Virus record (IMG/VR): IMGVR_UViG_3300017913_000829
Location: 1-36,906 of that record
Source: a virus
Taxonomy: Duplodnaviria > Caudoviricetes
Reading direction: 5' to 3' (one strand)
DNA length: 36,906 nucleotides
Shown in pieces: positions 16,348 through 25,066 of this stretch. The notes under the pieces are model-generated. The model did no database searches. It was not told the origin of the DNA and was given only the letters and a program-made list of their open reading frames with translations. A program made the position numbers and the translations under genes. Within the stretch, counting starts at the first letter, position 1; each line of letters starts with the position of its first letter.

Positions 16348-18537
16348 ATGTCTGAAGCATATTTTAACAAGGTTCGCGAAAGCGCCGTCGGCGAAATGCT
16401 GACAACAATAAAAGGCGGTCGCAACGAAACACTGAACAAGGCAGCGTACGCGCTCGGTCGCCACGCACACCTTGCACCCGCAAACATCGATGCAGCCGTC
16501 TCAGAGCTGCACGCAGCCGCAAAACAAATCGGCCTGAACGAAATCGAAATCAAAGCCACAATTGGATCTGGCTTTAAACGCGGCGGCGAAAACCCAAAGG
16601 TTCTCGAAGACAGCGACGCGCTGCCGTACAGCGCGTCCGAGTTTGACCGCCTGATCGGTCGTCTGGCAAACAAAGAGGTGCTCGTACGCGACGAGGAAAC
16701 ACGCCAAGACAAGATTAAGAAAGCGCAGGAACAGTGGGAGCGCGCTGTACCGATCTCACGCGAAACGACGGACGCTGTGCGCCCGGCACTCCTTTACCTC
16801 AACTCACGCGGCCTCAGAGCGTCTACAGCGGTCGACACAGCGCGCTTTGCGCCTAACGTTTACGGTGGGCCCGCGATTGTGTTCCCAGCCTATAGCGAGG
16901 ACGGAGACTTACGCGGCGTGCAAGCCGTGTTACTCACGCCCGAAGGTAAGAAGCGCGAGCACAATGGCATCGCCAAATATTCGCGCGGTGTGCTTGCTGG
17001 AAACGCGATGAAGATAGACGGCGGAGCGCCGATCATCATTTGCGAGGGGCCAGAGGACGCGCTGAGCGTGCGACAGGCGGCCGGAGACGCCGCGACAGTC
17101 GTGTGTACGTTCGGCAAGGCTGGTATGGCCTCGTACAACGTTCCACGCGCCTCAGACGTCACGATATGCGCTGATCCTGACCTAGACGTCGACAAGTGCG
17201 CAGAGGTGCTTGCAGGGGACGGCAGCAACGCCGTACACGTCGTCCGTTTCGATCAGCTTGGCGTCGAAAACGTCAAGGACGCCAACGACTACCTAAAGGA
17301 AGCTGGGGAGGACGAGCTAAAGCGCGCGCTTGCGCAAGCCAAACCTGTGGACCAAGTAAAGCAGGAAGCGATCGCAACCGAGCGCAACTGGCCGACGCTG
17401 TTTGAGCCGATCGACGCCGCAAACATTCCCGCGCGTCGTTGGGTTTACGGACACCACTACATCCGCTCCTACGTCAGCGTCGTGGCATCCGCCGGGGGCT
17501 TAGGCAAGTCATCCATGCAAATGGTAGAAGCGGTCAGCATTGCCACTGGCAAGGCGCTACTCGGCGAGGCCGTGCACGAGCAATGCAAGGTGTGGATCGT
17601 CAACCTAGAAGATCCGCTCGAAGAGATGCAGCGACGCATGGCAGCCGTCATGCAGCATTACGACATCAAGGCCGACGACATCCGCGGTAAAATTTTCCTA
17701 GACGCTGGGCGCGATCTAAAGATGATCTTTGCCAAGCAAACGCGCGACGGTCTCGAGATCATCGAAGAAATCGTGGAATACATGATCAAGGTTATCAATG
17801 ACAACGGCATCTCCGTCGTCTTCATTGACCCTTGGGTCGCGGCGATGGGTGGCATCAGCGAAAACGACAACATGGCTATGAACGCAGCCGTGGGCGCCGT
17901 CAGAGCCATCGCGGATGCGACAGACGCCGCAATCGTGCTCACGCACCACATTCGCAAGACAAACGGCGAGGAAGCAACAATCGATAGCGTCCGGGGCGCA
18001 GGCTCGCTCATTGGCGCAGCTCGTGCCGCGCGTGTTCTTAATCGCGTATCGCAAGAGGAAGCGATGAAGCTTGGCGTGTCCGAAGAGGGCAGTCTAGGCA
18101 TCTTCCGCGTCGACGACGGCAAGAACAACCTAAGCTTACCCGCATCCAAGGCGCTCTACAGGCGCATGGAGAGCGTACTGCTCGCCAACGGTGAGTTTGT
18201 CGGCGTCGCCACAGAGTTTAAGCTGCCTGATCTCTTTGACGGCATCAGCGCCAAGCACGCGATGGAGGTGCAGAAGCTCGTAGGCGCAGCCGAAGAACGC
18301 GGAGAGCCGATGCGCAAAAACGCGCAGGCAAAAACGTGGGTCGGGCAAGCGGTCGCCGTCGTGCTCGATCTCGACATGGAAAAGAAACACGAGAAAGCGA
18401 AAGCAAAAGCCGTCATCGCCAAATGGCTAGAGACAGGCGTGCTGCGCGAAGACACTTGGAAAAGCGGACGCGATGGACGCGAGGTGCCGATCATCATCGT
18501 TGGCGAATGGATCAGTAGAGCGGAGGCAGGGCTATGA
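16348..18537 (+). CDS. Primase-helicase (PriCT-like, Toprim, RepA-type AAA)
   Basis: GGRNETLNKAAYALG; Toprim motifs ICEGPEDAL, ICADPD and KDANDYL; Walker A ASAGGLGKSS; Walker B VVFIDP; HHIRK; RGAGS. Confidence 0.88.
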   Translation: MSEAYFNKVRESAVGEMLTTIKGGRNETLNKAAYALGRHAHLAPANIDAAVSELHAAAKQIGLNEIEIKATIGSGFKRGGENPKVLEDSDALPYSASEFDRLIGRLANKEVLVRDEETRQDKIKKAQEQWERAVPISRETTDAVRPALLYLNSRGLRASTAVDTARFAPNVYGGPAIVFPAYSEDGDLRGVQAVLLTPEGKKREHNGIAKYSRGVLAGNAMKIDGGAPIIICEGPEDALSVRQAAGDAATVVCTFGKAGMASYNVPRASDVTICADPDLDVDKCAEVLAGDGSNAVHVVRFDQLGVENVKDANDYLKEAGEDELKRALAQAKPVDQVKQEAIATERNWPTLFEPIDAANIPARRWVYGHHYIRSYVSVVASAGGLGKSSMQMVEAVSIATGKALLGEAVHEQCKVWIVNLEDPLEEMQRRMAAVMQHYDIKADDIRGKIFLDAGRDLKMIFAKQTRDGLEIIEEIVEYMIKVINDNGISVVFIDPWVAAMGGISENDNMAMNAAVGAVRAIADATDAAIVLTHHIRKTNGEEATIDSVRGAGSLIGAARAARVLNRVSQEEAMKLGVSEEGSLGIFRVDDGKNNLSLPASKALYRRMESVLLANGEFVGVATEFKLPDLFDGISAKHAMEVQKLVGAAEERGEPMRKNAQAKTWVGQAVAVVLDLDMEKKHEKAKAKAVIAKWLETGVLREDTWKSGRDGREVPIIIVGEWISRAEAGL

Positions 18538-18764
18538 CAGACCAAGATACAATCGACAGAATATACGACGCGCTCGATGGCGTGGAAAAGTTGTTCCTGT
18601 TGCTTAAGGTGAAACAGAGCGAGCGCTACCAGCAGCTACAAGACCAACACATGAGCGTCTCTGTGGTCAGCGATCAGGTGTGGCATCACACAACGTACAA
18701 GAACGCAGATACGACGCCGATTGTAGACGGTGATGACGTGCTGGATGAAGGCGATGCATTCTAA
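18534..18764 (+). CDS. Hypothetical protein (76 aa)
   Basis: ATGA-coupled to the primase-helicase; GGAGG upstream. Confidence 0.65.
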   Translation: MTDQDTIDRIYDALDGVEKLFLLLKVKQSERYQQLQDQHMSVSVVSDQVWHHTTYKNADTTPIVDGDDVLDEGDAF

Positions 18765-18765
18765 A

Positions 18766-18900
18766 CCGCACTTACCGCACTAGTGGTGCGGAGAGGTGCG
18801 GAAGGTGCGGAAAATAAGCCGTAAACCACTCCGCCGCACCTCTAGCGTATATAATACGCTAGTGCGGAGGAACGTGCGGGGCTTATAAATGTAGGTGCGG
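18766..18900. repeat. Iteron-like array, candidate replication origin
   Basis: Nine copies of GTGCGG/CCGCAC in 135 bp, plus the palindrome CTAGCGTAT-ata-ATACGCTAG (18842-18862). Confidence 0.7.
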
Positions 18901-18907
18901 AGGTACT

Positions 18908-19522
18908 ATGGCAAAGAAGAGCTATGTAAACGTAACAAAGGCTAAAGCGAGAGGCCGTGATGCAGTAGGACACATAAAGCCAGACGAAGACAAGCTGGTC
19001 ATTAAAGCGGCTGTCTGGGGACAGCTTGAACCCTTGCAGAAGATTAGCGAAGAAAAGATCCGGCGTTGGGGCGATCAATTGCCGAAGTGCGTGCCGCCAG
19101 AAATGGCAGGACGATTTGAAGCGGCATATGAGGCGCTCGAGGCTGCGGTACTCGATAACGATGTCGTCACGACGCACGAAATCGTCGGGCAGCTTATGCG
19201 CGCATGGGACGTGCTAGAGAAGACAGCGATCGCAGCCGGGCACGAGCCGCTCAGAGAGAGCGCTTGGTGCGTGCAGATGGATGAGGGCGATGTCATCTGT
19301 ATCGCGCTTCACGGGCACGCTGAGCTGCGGCAGAAGTTTCCGCATTGGACGGTCTACGGCATCGAGGATGCGTGCCGTGTCCTGCGGGCAGACTGGACCG
19401 CGTCATTCTTGGACAAGGCATACGACAGCTTCCCGAATGCGAAGCTCACGAAAGTCGTGTACAATGGCGAAGACAAAGCACCAGTGAACTGGGATTTAGG
19501 AGGAGACGATATTCCATGGTAG
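18908..19522 (+). CDS. Hypothetical protein (204 aa) ending in DDIPW
   Basis: GGAGGT RBS; long ORF following the origin-like array. Confidence 0.8.
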   Translation: MAKKSYVNVTKAKARGRDAVGHIKPDEDKLVIKAAVWGQLEPLQKISEEKIRRWGDQLPKCVPPEMAGRFEAAYEALEAAVLDNDVVTTHEIVGQLMRAWDVLEKTAIAAGHEPLRESAWCVQMDEGDVICIALHGHAELRQKFPHWTVYGIEDACRVLRADWTASFLDKAYDSFPNAKLTKVVYNGEDKAPVNWDLGGDDIPW

Positions 19523-19968
19523 GTGAGGTAGGCTTAGCAAAGATGGCAGCGCTCGACGCAGTAGGCGAAGACGAGATCTTCGAGCAAATCGCGCAAGGGC
19601 AGACAATGCAGCTACTCTGCAAGAAGTACGACATAGGCACGAAGCTCTGGTACAAGTGGATCGATAGCGTCGAAGGTCGCCGGGATCGATACAACGGTGC
19701 GCAAGCAGAAGCTGCGCACTTCTACGCGAACAGAGCGGTTCAGACGTCACAAGCTGCAACTCCTGACATGGTCAACGTCGCGCGCTTACAGGTCGACACG
19801 GACAAGTGGATCGCGTCCAAGCTGAACGCGCAGTACGACACGAGACAGCGTGATGTCGCGGTGAACATCAGCGTGACAGACTTGCACGCGGAAGCATCGG
19901 CGCTGCTCAACAGCGTGCAAATGAAGGACGTGATTGACGTGGACGCGGAGGACGTGAGCGATGGTTGA
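19516..19968 (+). CDS. terS: Terminase small subunit
   Basis: N-terminal HTH (IFEQIAQGQTMQLLCKKYDIG..LWYKWI) and 'ARLQVDTDKWIASKL' as in Sf6-type TerS; upstream of terL. Confidence 0.8.
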   Translation: MVGEVGLAKMAALDAVGEDEIFEQIAQGQTMQLLCKKYDIGTKLWYKWIDSVEGRRDRYNGAQAEAAHFYANRAVQTSQAATPDMVNVARLQVDTDKWIASKLNAQYDTRQRDVAVNISVTDLHAEASALLNSVQMKDVIDVDAEDVSDG

Positions 19969-20129
19969 CGGTGAAATCACACACTGGCGCAACACCGCGC
20001 ACGCGGGCGCGCGCGTAACCGAACGAGCGTTCAATTGCAAGCTCGATCGCGTCGCCGCGTTGCAGCGGACACACAAGATGTTGTGGTTTGCGCTGAGCGC
20101 ATATCTCAGGCCGAATAAAAAGCGTTATA

Positions 20130-20142
20130 AATCAACGGCTTA
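20130..20142 (+). promoter_or_regulatory. IHF consensus site in the terS-terL spacer
   Basis: AATCAACGGCTTA matches WATCAANNNNTTR and has an upstream A-tract. Confidence 0.55.
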
Positions 20143-20307
20143 CCAAAGTTTTAACATAATAGCTGTTATACGACTTGCGTTTAGCTATGCGCGAATTGCA
20201 TGCCTCGGCGCGGCCGCGTTTTTGCCCCCCCTTCGATTTGCTGCGGCCCCCCGCAAATGCAATGACCCCAACACGCATCCCCGTTCAAAAATTTTCGGAG
20301 AACCCAC

Positions 20308-21717
20308 ATGAGCAACGATAACCCCTTTGTGAAATTGATGCAGCGCTACCGCGATGACCCGGTTGCCTTTGCGCGCGAGGTCATCGGCATTGAGCCTGAC
20401 GAGTGGCAGATTGAGCTGTTGGACGCGGTTGCCGCGCCTGCGGTTCGGCGTGTGTCCGTTCGTTCTGGCCACGGTGTAGGGAAGTCGACAGCGGTTGCGA
20501 TGGCTGCGATTTGGCACGTTTTGATGCGTGTACCGAGCAAGACGGTTGTGACGGCCCCCACGTCATCTCAGTTGTTCGACGCGTGTTTCGCTGAGATGAA
20601 AAATGTGGCCAAGCGGTTGAAGCCTCCGTTTGACAAGTTGTTGGAGGTGAAGAGTGATCGCATTGAGTTGAAGAGCCAGCCGGAGGCCACGTTTATTTCG
20701 TGTAGGACGTCCCGCGCCGAGCAGCCGGAAGCGTTGGCTGGTGTTCACAGTGAGAACGTGCTGCTGATTGCCGACGAGGCCAGCGGTGTACCGAACGCGG
20801 TTTTTGAGGCGGCTTCTGGATCTATGTCTGGGCACAATGCGACGACCATTCTCACTGGCAACCCGACGCGGAACACGGGTTTCTTTTATGACACGCACAA
20901 TCGTTTGAAGGATGACTGGTACACGATGCATGTGAGCTGCGTTGATAGTCCACGCGTTGCGGAAGATTTTGTGTCGGACATGATGAAGCGATATGGCGAG
21001 GATAGCCCGGCGTATCATGTGCGTGTGTTGGGCAATTTCCCGCCTGCGGAAGAGGACACTGTTATTCCTGTGGCGTTGATCGATGCCGCGATGAATAACG
21101 ATATACGCGTTCATGAGGATACGACGGTCATTTGGGGTTTGGACGTTGCCCGGCAGGGTGGCGATGCGAGCGTTTTGGCGAAGCGTCAGGGGCCGATTAT
21201 ACATCCGCTTACTGTGTGGCGAAATCTCGACTTGATGCAGCTCACGGGTGCTGTGAAGGCGGAGTATGACGCGTTGGCGCCGTCCAAGCGGCCGGCGGAG
21301 ATTATTGTTGACAGTAACGGGTTTGGCGCGGGTGTGTTGGATCGCTTGCGGGAGCTGGGGATGCCGGCGCGTGGATTGAACGTTGCGGAGCGTGCGATGG
21401 CGAAGGAGACGTATTTGAATATGCGCGCTGAGCTGTGGTTTAAGACGAAGGCGTGGCTAGAGGGGCAGGACGTTAAGCTGCCTTACGATGATTTGTTGTG
21501 GGCGGAGTTGGCGGCTCCTCGTTATCACTTTACGAGCGCGGGCAAGATCCAAGTTGAGAGCAAGGAGGCGATGAAGAAGCGTGGCGTTGCGTCGCCTGAC
21601 CGCGCTGATGCGATTTGTTTGTGCTTGGCGAATGATCACACGACGATGCATTACGGAACGAGTTCGAGCGGCTCGTGGAGCCGCCCGTTGCGTCGTGAGA
21701 TCCGAGGTATTATTTAG
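20308..21717 (+). CDS. terL: Terminase large subunit
   Basis: Walker A SGHGVGKS, Walker B LLIADEA, GNP coupling motif, nuclease motifs WGLDVA...GD and SPDRAD. Confidence 0.93.
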   Translation: MSNDNPFVKLMQRYRDDPVAFAREVIGIEPDEWQIELLDAVAAPAVRRVSVRSGHGVGKSTAVAMAAIWHVLMRVPSKTVVTAPTSSQLFDACFAEMKNVAKRLKPPFDKLLEVKSDRIELKSQPEATFISCRTSRAEQPEALAGVHSENVLLIADEASGVPNAVFEAASGSMSGHNATTILTGNPTRNTGFFYDTHNRLKDDWYTMHVSCVDSPRVAEDFVSDMMKRYGEDSPAYHVRVLGNFPPAEEDTVIPVALIDAAMNNDIRVHEDTTVIWGLDVARQGGDASVLAKRQGPIIHPLTVWRNLDLMQLTGAVKAEYDALAPSKRPAEIIVDSNGFGAGVLDRLRELGMPARGLNVAERAMAKETYLNMRAELWFKTKAWLEGQDVKLPYDDLLWAELAAPRYHFTSAGKIQVESKEAMKKRGVASPDRADAICLCLANDHTTMHYGTSSSGSWSRPLRREIRGII

Positions 21718-23051
21718 AGCGTGTCGGCGCGTTTTATGCGTTCCCCGATCCACCGCATGACTGGCACCGCCATTGAGTTGCCCATCGCCTTGTATCGAGG
21801 TCCGTCCGGGCAATCCTCCGCGTCTTTGTTGCGCCACGAAATCTGCGTGTAGTTATCGGGGAAGCCTTGCAGGCGTTCGCACTCGATGGGCGTTAGGCGG
21901 CGGACTTGTAAGTTTTGCCTGATGCCGTACTGAATGTTGGACGTGTCGTTTGGTATCTGCGCGTTGAGCGTTGGGTAAACGTCACGCTCCCAGGCGTAGC
22001 TGTTTGACATCTCCGACGCAGTCCACGCCACCGCGGTTGTATGCCCCACCGATAGCGTCGGCGACACCTCTGGTGTTGACGCCGCCTGTGTGCCGCTCAT
22101 CTCCGCGGGGAATGCGACAGGATGGATAACGCCTTCCTCAACATCGCGCGCCCCGATTGCGTTGAGGCCACGCGCCGTAAGCGTTCCTATAACGTCGCGT
22201 TCCACGATCAAGTGTCCGTTGTTTGCGGATTGGTGCGTGAGTTTGCCGCCACCGCATTGCGTATCTAGGGCGCCCGCTGTGGCGGGTGTGTGCCCATACA
22301 CAAGCGGCTTGGTTTCGTGATCTGCGCCACCCATGCCATACGACGCTGTGATCGTGTTCACGGTCTGCTGCGCGGTGACAAGCGTCTCCGACCCGCCGCC
22401 TAAGTCTCCTCCTGCGGCTCTGATTGTTCCGACGCCTTGATGGTAGCCTCCAAAGCTGCTTGAAGTGTATCCGGCAGCTTCTTGTTTCGCTTCTCGGCTC
22501 GGCGCAGGATGCCCTGACATGCTTTCGCGCTCAAATAGAACCGCTGCGGCACGTCGCCAGTCTCCAAGGTATCCGACAACAAACACACGTCTGCGTCGTT
22601 GGGCCACTCCGAAGTATTGAGCGTCAAGCACTCGGTAAGCGAACCCATACCCGAGTTTGCCCAGCGCCCCGAGGAAGGTGCCAAAGTCTCGTCCTCCGTT
22701 AGATGACAAGACGCCGGGGACGTTTTCCCAGACCACCCATCTGGGCTTATACTTTGCAGCAATGGCAAGATAGGTGAGCATGAGGTTCCCGCGTGGGTCA
22801 TCAAGTCCTTTGCGAAGTCCTGCGACGCTGAATGATTGGCAGGGGGTTCCTCCCACGAGAAGGTCAATTGGGTCATCGTTCCACTCCTTAAATTTCGTCA
22901 TGTCGCCAAGGTTAGGCGTTTCTGGGTAATGGTGCTCTAAGACTGCGCTCGGAAATTTTTCGATTTCGCTGAACCACTGCGGCTCCCACCCGAGCGGGTG
23001 CCATGCAACTGTGGCGGCTTCTACGCCTGAGCATACGCTTCCGTATTTCAT
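21714..23051 (-). CDS. DNA (cytosine-5)-methyltransferase
   Basis: Motifs CSGVEA (I), GGTPCQSFS (IV), WENV (VI), QRRRR (VIII), RRLTPIECERLQGFP (IX) and GNSM (X). Confidence 0.95.
   Translation of the reverse strand: MKYGSVCSGVEAATVAWHPLGWEPQWFSEIEKFPSAVLEHHYPETPNLGDMTKFKEWNDDPIDLLVGGTPCQSFSVAGLRKGLDDPRGNLMLTYLAIAAKYKPRWVVWENVPGVLSSNGGRDFGTFLGALGKLGYGFAYRVLDAQYFGVAQRRRRVFVVGYLGDWRRAAAVLFERESMSGHPAPSREAKQEAAGYTSSSFGGYHQGVGTIRAAGGDLGGGSETLVTAQQTVNTITASYGMGGADHETKPLVYGHTPATAGALDTQCGGGKLTHQSANNGHLIVERDVIGTLTARGLNAIGARDVEEGVIHPVAFPAEMSGTQAASTPEVSPTLSVGHTTAVAWTASEMSNSYAWERDVYPTLNAQIPNDTSNIQYGIRQNLQVRRLTPIECERLQGFPDNYTQISWRNKDAEDCPDGPRYKAMGNSMAVPVMRWIGERIKRADTL
22400..22876 (-). CDS. Nested alternative-frame ORF, M.EcoHK31I beta-subunit-like
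   Basis: 158 aa wholly inside the MTase gene on the same strand; AAGGAG 7 nt upstream; 'LSDTLE...FYLSAKACQGILRRAEKRNKKLP..L..AL' motif. Confidence 0.7.
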   Translation of the reverse strand: MTQLTFSWEEPPANHSASQDFAKDLMTHAGTSCSPILPLLQSISPDGWSGKTSPASCHLTEDETLAPSSGRWANSGMGSLTECLTLNTSEWPNDADVCLLSDTLETGDVPQRFYLSAKACQGILRRAEKRNKKLPDTLQAALEATIKASEQSEPQEET

Positions 23052-23491
23052 GTTCTGTCCCTCGGTCCTTTGACGCCGTAGCGCGTTTTGACTTGCTGGA
23101 CGGCTTGGTGCGTCATGCCGAGCTCTTTTGCGATTGCGCGGTTTGTGAAGCCTTCTTGGATCATCTCGATGGCGATTTGGATGTGTTTACGCGCGCCTAT
23201 GCGTGACGAGATTGTGCCTACGGTGCCTTGATTGATGCCGAGGTGTTCGGCGATTTGTTTTTGCGTGTAGCCTTCTTTCGTCATGCGAATGATGGTTTGT
23301 TGGCGTTCGACTTTGACGTGCTTGCCTTCGACGGACTTTTTCTTGTGTTCTTCTGGGTGGACGATTTGGTTGCCCCAGCGTTTGCGGAATGCTTGGACGT
23401 CGTTGCGCGCGACTTCTTTCATCATGTTGGCGACTTCGTCTTCGTTTGGCGTGCGTCCGTTTTCTTCGACGAATTTTGTTATTGCGTTCAT
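23048..23491 (-). CDS. Double helix-turn-helix DNA-binding protein
   Basis: Two HTH motifs: GYTQKQIAEHLGINQGTV and GFTNRAIAKELGMTHQAV. Confidence 0.8.
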   Translation of the reverse strand: MNAITKFVEENGRTPNEDEVANMMKEVARNDVQAFRKRWGNQIVHPEEHKKKSVEGKHVKVERQQTIIRMTKEGYTQKQIAEHLGINQGTVGTISSRIGARKHIQIAIEMIQEGFTNRAIAKELGMTHQAVQQVKTRYGVKGPRDRT

Positions 23492-23673
23492 ATGTTGTAC
23501 CCTTCTTTTCTGCGATCTGCGACAAATTTGCGTAATTCGTCTTTTGCGTACCAGTATTTGTTACCGGCTGACGGCGTTTCGCGTTTTACCCATGCCTCCA
23601 TGCATCTGTCGACGTGTTGTCTTAGGTGATTGTATTCCGCTTCTAGCGCTGGTGTTAGCCCGTGTTTTGCCAT
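23488..23673 (-). CDS. Hypothetical protein (61 aa)
   Basis: AAGGAGGT RBS; ATGA coupling to the next gene. Confidence 0.75.
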   Translation of the reverse strand: MAKHGLTPALEAEYNHLRQHVDRCMEAWVKRETPSAGNKYWYAKDELRKFVADRRKEGYNI

Positions 23674-23785
23674 TTCTACCTCCTTTTGGGATGAATTTCT
23701 CGATCCAGCATGGCGCGCAATAGTGGATCTCGTTTGTTATTGTTGTTGATGTATTTCCGCATTCTGCGCATGTGTTATTTTGCAT
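23561..23785 (-). CDS. Small CxxC...CxxC zinc-finger-like protein
   Basis: CAEC-x13-CAPC; the 3' half overlaps the next gene. Confidence 0.5.
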   Translation of the reverse strand: MQNNTCAECGNTSTTITNEIHYCAPCWIEKFIPKGGRNGKTRANTSARSGIQSPKTTRRQMHGGMGKTRNAVSR

Positions 23786-23984
23786 TATTTTTTGTCTTTC
23801 CTCGAGGATTTTTTATGGGTGGTAGGTCGGCTGTGAGCGCGTCCGGGTTATTGCGTTTCCAGCGCGCGTTGAGGCCGATTGTGTGCGTGATTTCTGCAAG
23901 CAGCGCCTCGGCTGTGTCGTCGCCGTCCACGATTTCTTGCAAGCGATCTGCGATGTGAAAGATGCAAACTCTATCGTCGATCAT
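23775..23984 (-). CDS. Hypothetical protein (69 aa)
   Basis: AAGGAAG RBS; coupled to neighbouring genes. Confidence 0.65.
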   Translation of the reverse strand: MIDDRVCIFHIADRLQEIVDGDDTAEALLAEITHTIGLNARWKRNNPDALTADLPPIKNPRGKTKNNAK

Positions 23985-25066
23985 GACGCTTCCTTCCTTG
24001 GCATGTGATAGCTCTTTTTAACGCCGAATGCGGGGTGCCCGGCTTCGTAGCCGTGGACGTAGATTTCCCAGCGGTTGCGTGTTTCGCTCCAGCGCGAGCG
24101 CTCCCATTGTTCTTTGGCTTTGCGCCAGTGCCCCCGGCGGAAGTGGAGGGCTTGCTTACCGCCTCCGCCTTCCTCGTATGGCTTGGCTTTGACGGGTTTG
24201 TCGACGTTCCACGACACGAGGTTCCAACTGTCGGGCGTAAAGCGTCCTGTGGCTTTGCGGAACGCTTGGCGCTTGACCATGCTGACGTCGCGTTTTGAGG
24301 GTGTTACGAAGCGTGGCTGGTTGATCGTTTGCAGCGCCATTGCGACGTGCCTTAGCTCCATATTGACAACGTGTACTGTTGCTTCTGGCGCGTTATTTTC
24401 TAAGTGCCACGCGTTCAATTCAAACGTGCAGTCATCATTGTAATTCACGATGTTTCCGAGCGGTTTGTAGCGGACCTCGTCCTCAAATGTTAAGCTGGAA
24501 ACGTGAAAGTAACGCCCTTTGTATTCTGCTAAATCTCCTTTGTCTTGCCAAAGTGGCTCACAAATATACACGGTTTCTGTGTCTGGTATTTCCATACTGT
24601 AACCGCCCGCATATCCTTGACTTGCAAAGTACAGCCCGACAGTTTCAGCGGGCAAGATTACGTCGGGGTGCGGTGGCACATCAAAGTCAGGATATGCGTC
24701 GTCGCAGTTGAGGTAGATGTACTCCTCGATGTTTGAGCAATCAAAGTATTGCACGTCTTTTACGAGTTGATTTGCGAGATCGTGGCTGTTGAAGTTTTCA
24801 CGCCCAACCCATTCTGGCCGTTGGGGCGGATACATGCGCAATTCGCGCACGATGTCGCGCACAAGGTACAGCATGTCCTGCTTTTTGCGTCGGCGTGTAC
24901 TCGTATCTCTTGACCCGCGCCCGTGCGGCGTTTTGCGCCCATGTCCGCGTCCAGATAACTTAGGGGTGTGGCCGTTGCCCATGTGGGAGAAGTTAATGCG
25001 CTCCGCTAAGCTCATGTTTTCAAAATCGGGCTTCATATTGCTAATCTTTTTTATGGCATCACTCAT
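23981..25066 (-). CDS. Hypothetical protein with C-terminal HxRRGHWR motif
   Basis: 361-aa ORF containing ALHFRRGHWRK...AGHPAFG. Confidence 0.8.
   Translation of the reverse strand: MSDAIKKISNMKPDFENMSLAERINFSHMGNGHTPKLSGRGHGRKTPHGRGSRDTSTRRRKKQDMLYLVRDIVRELRMYPPQRPEWVGRENFNSHDLANQLVKDVQYFDCSNIEEYIYLNCDDAYPDFDVPPHPDVILPAETVGLYFASQGYAGGYSMEIPDTETVYICEPLWQDKGDLAEYKGRYFHVSSLTFEDEVRYKPLGNIVNYNDDCTFELNAWHLENNAPEATVHVVNMELRHVAMALQTINQPRFVTPSKRDVSMVKRQAFRKATGRFTPDSWNLVSWNVDKPVKAKPYEEGGGGKQALHFRRGHWRKAKEQWERSRWSETRNRWEIYVHGYEAGHPAFGVKKSYHMPRKEAS

Noticed and set aside
19961-20311. 116-aa ORF between terS and terL
   Set aside because: Composition is not protein-like and it crosses AT-rich and homopolymer tracts; treated as a non-coding cis region.
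22877-22890. GAGTGG near the nested MTase ORF RBS (and GAGTGA near 25060 and 27623) as further sRNA targets
   Set aside because: Only about 6 nt of pairing, which is expected by chance.
21714-23051. Complete restriction-modification system
   Set aside because: No cognate endonuclease is recognisable nearby; an orphan, probably protective, methyltransferase is more likely.
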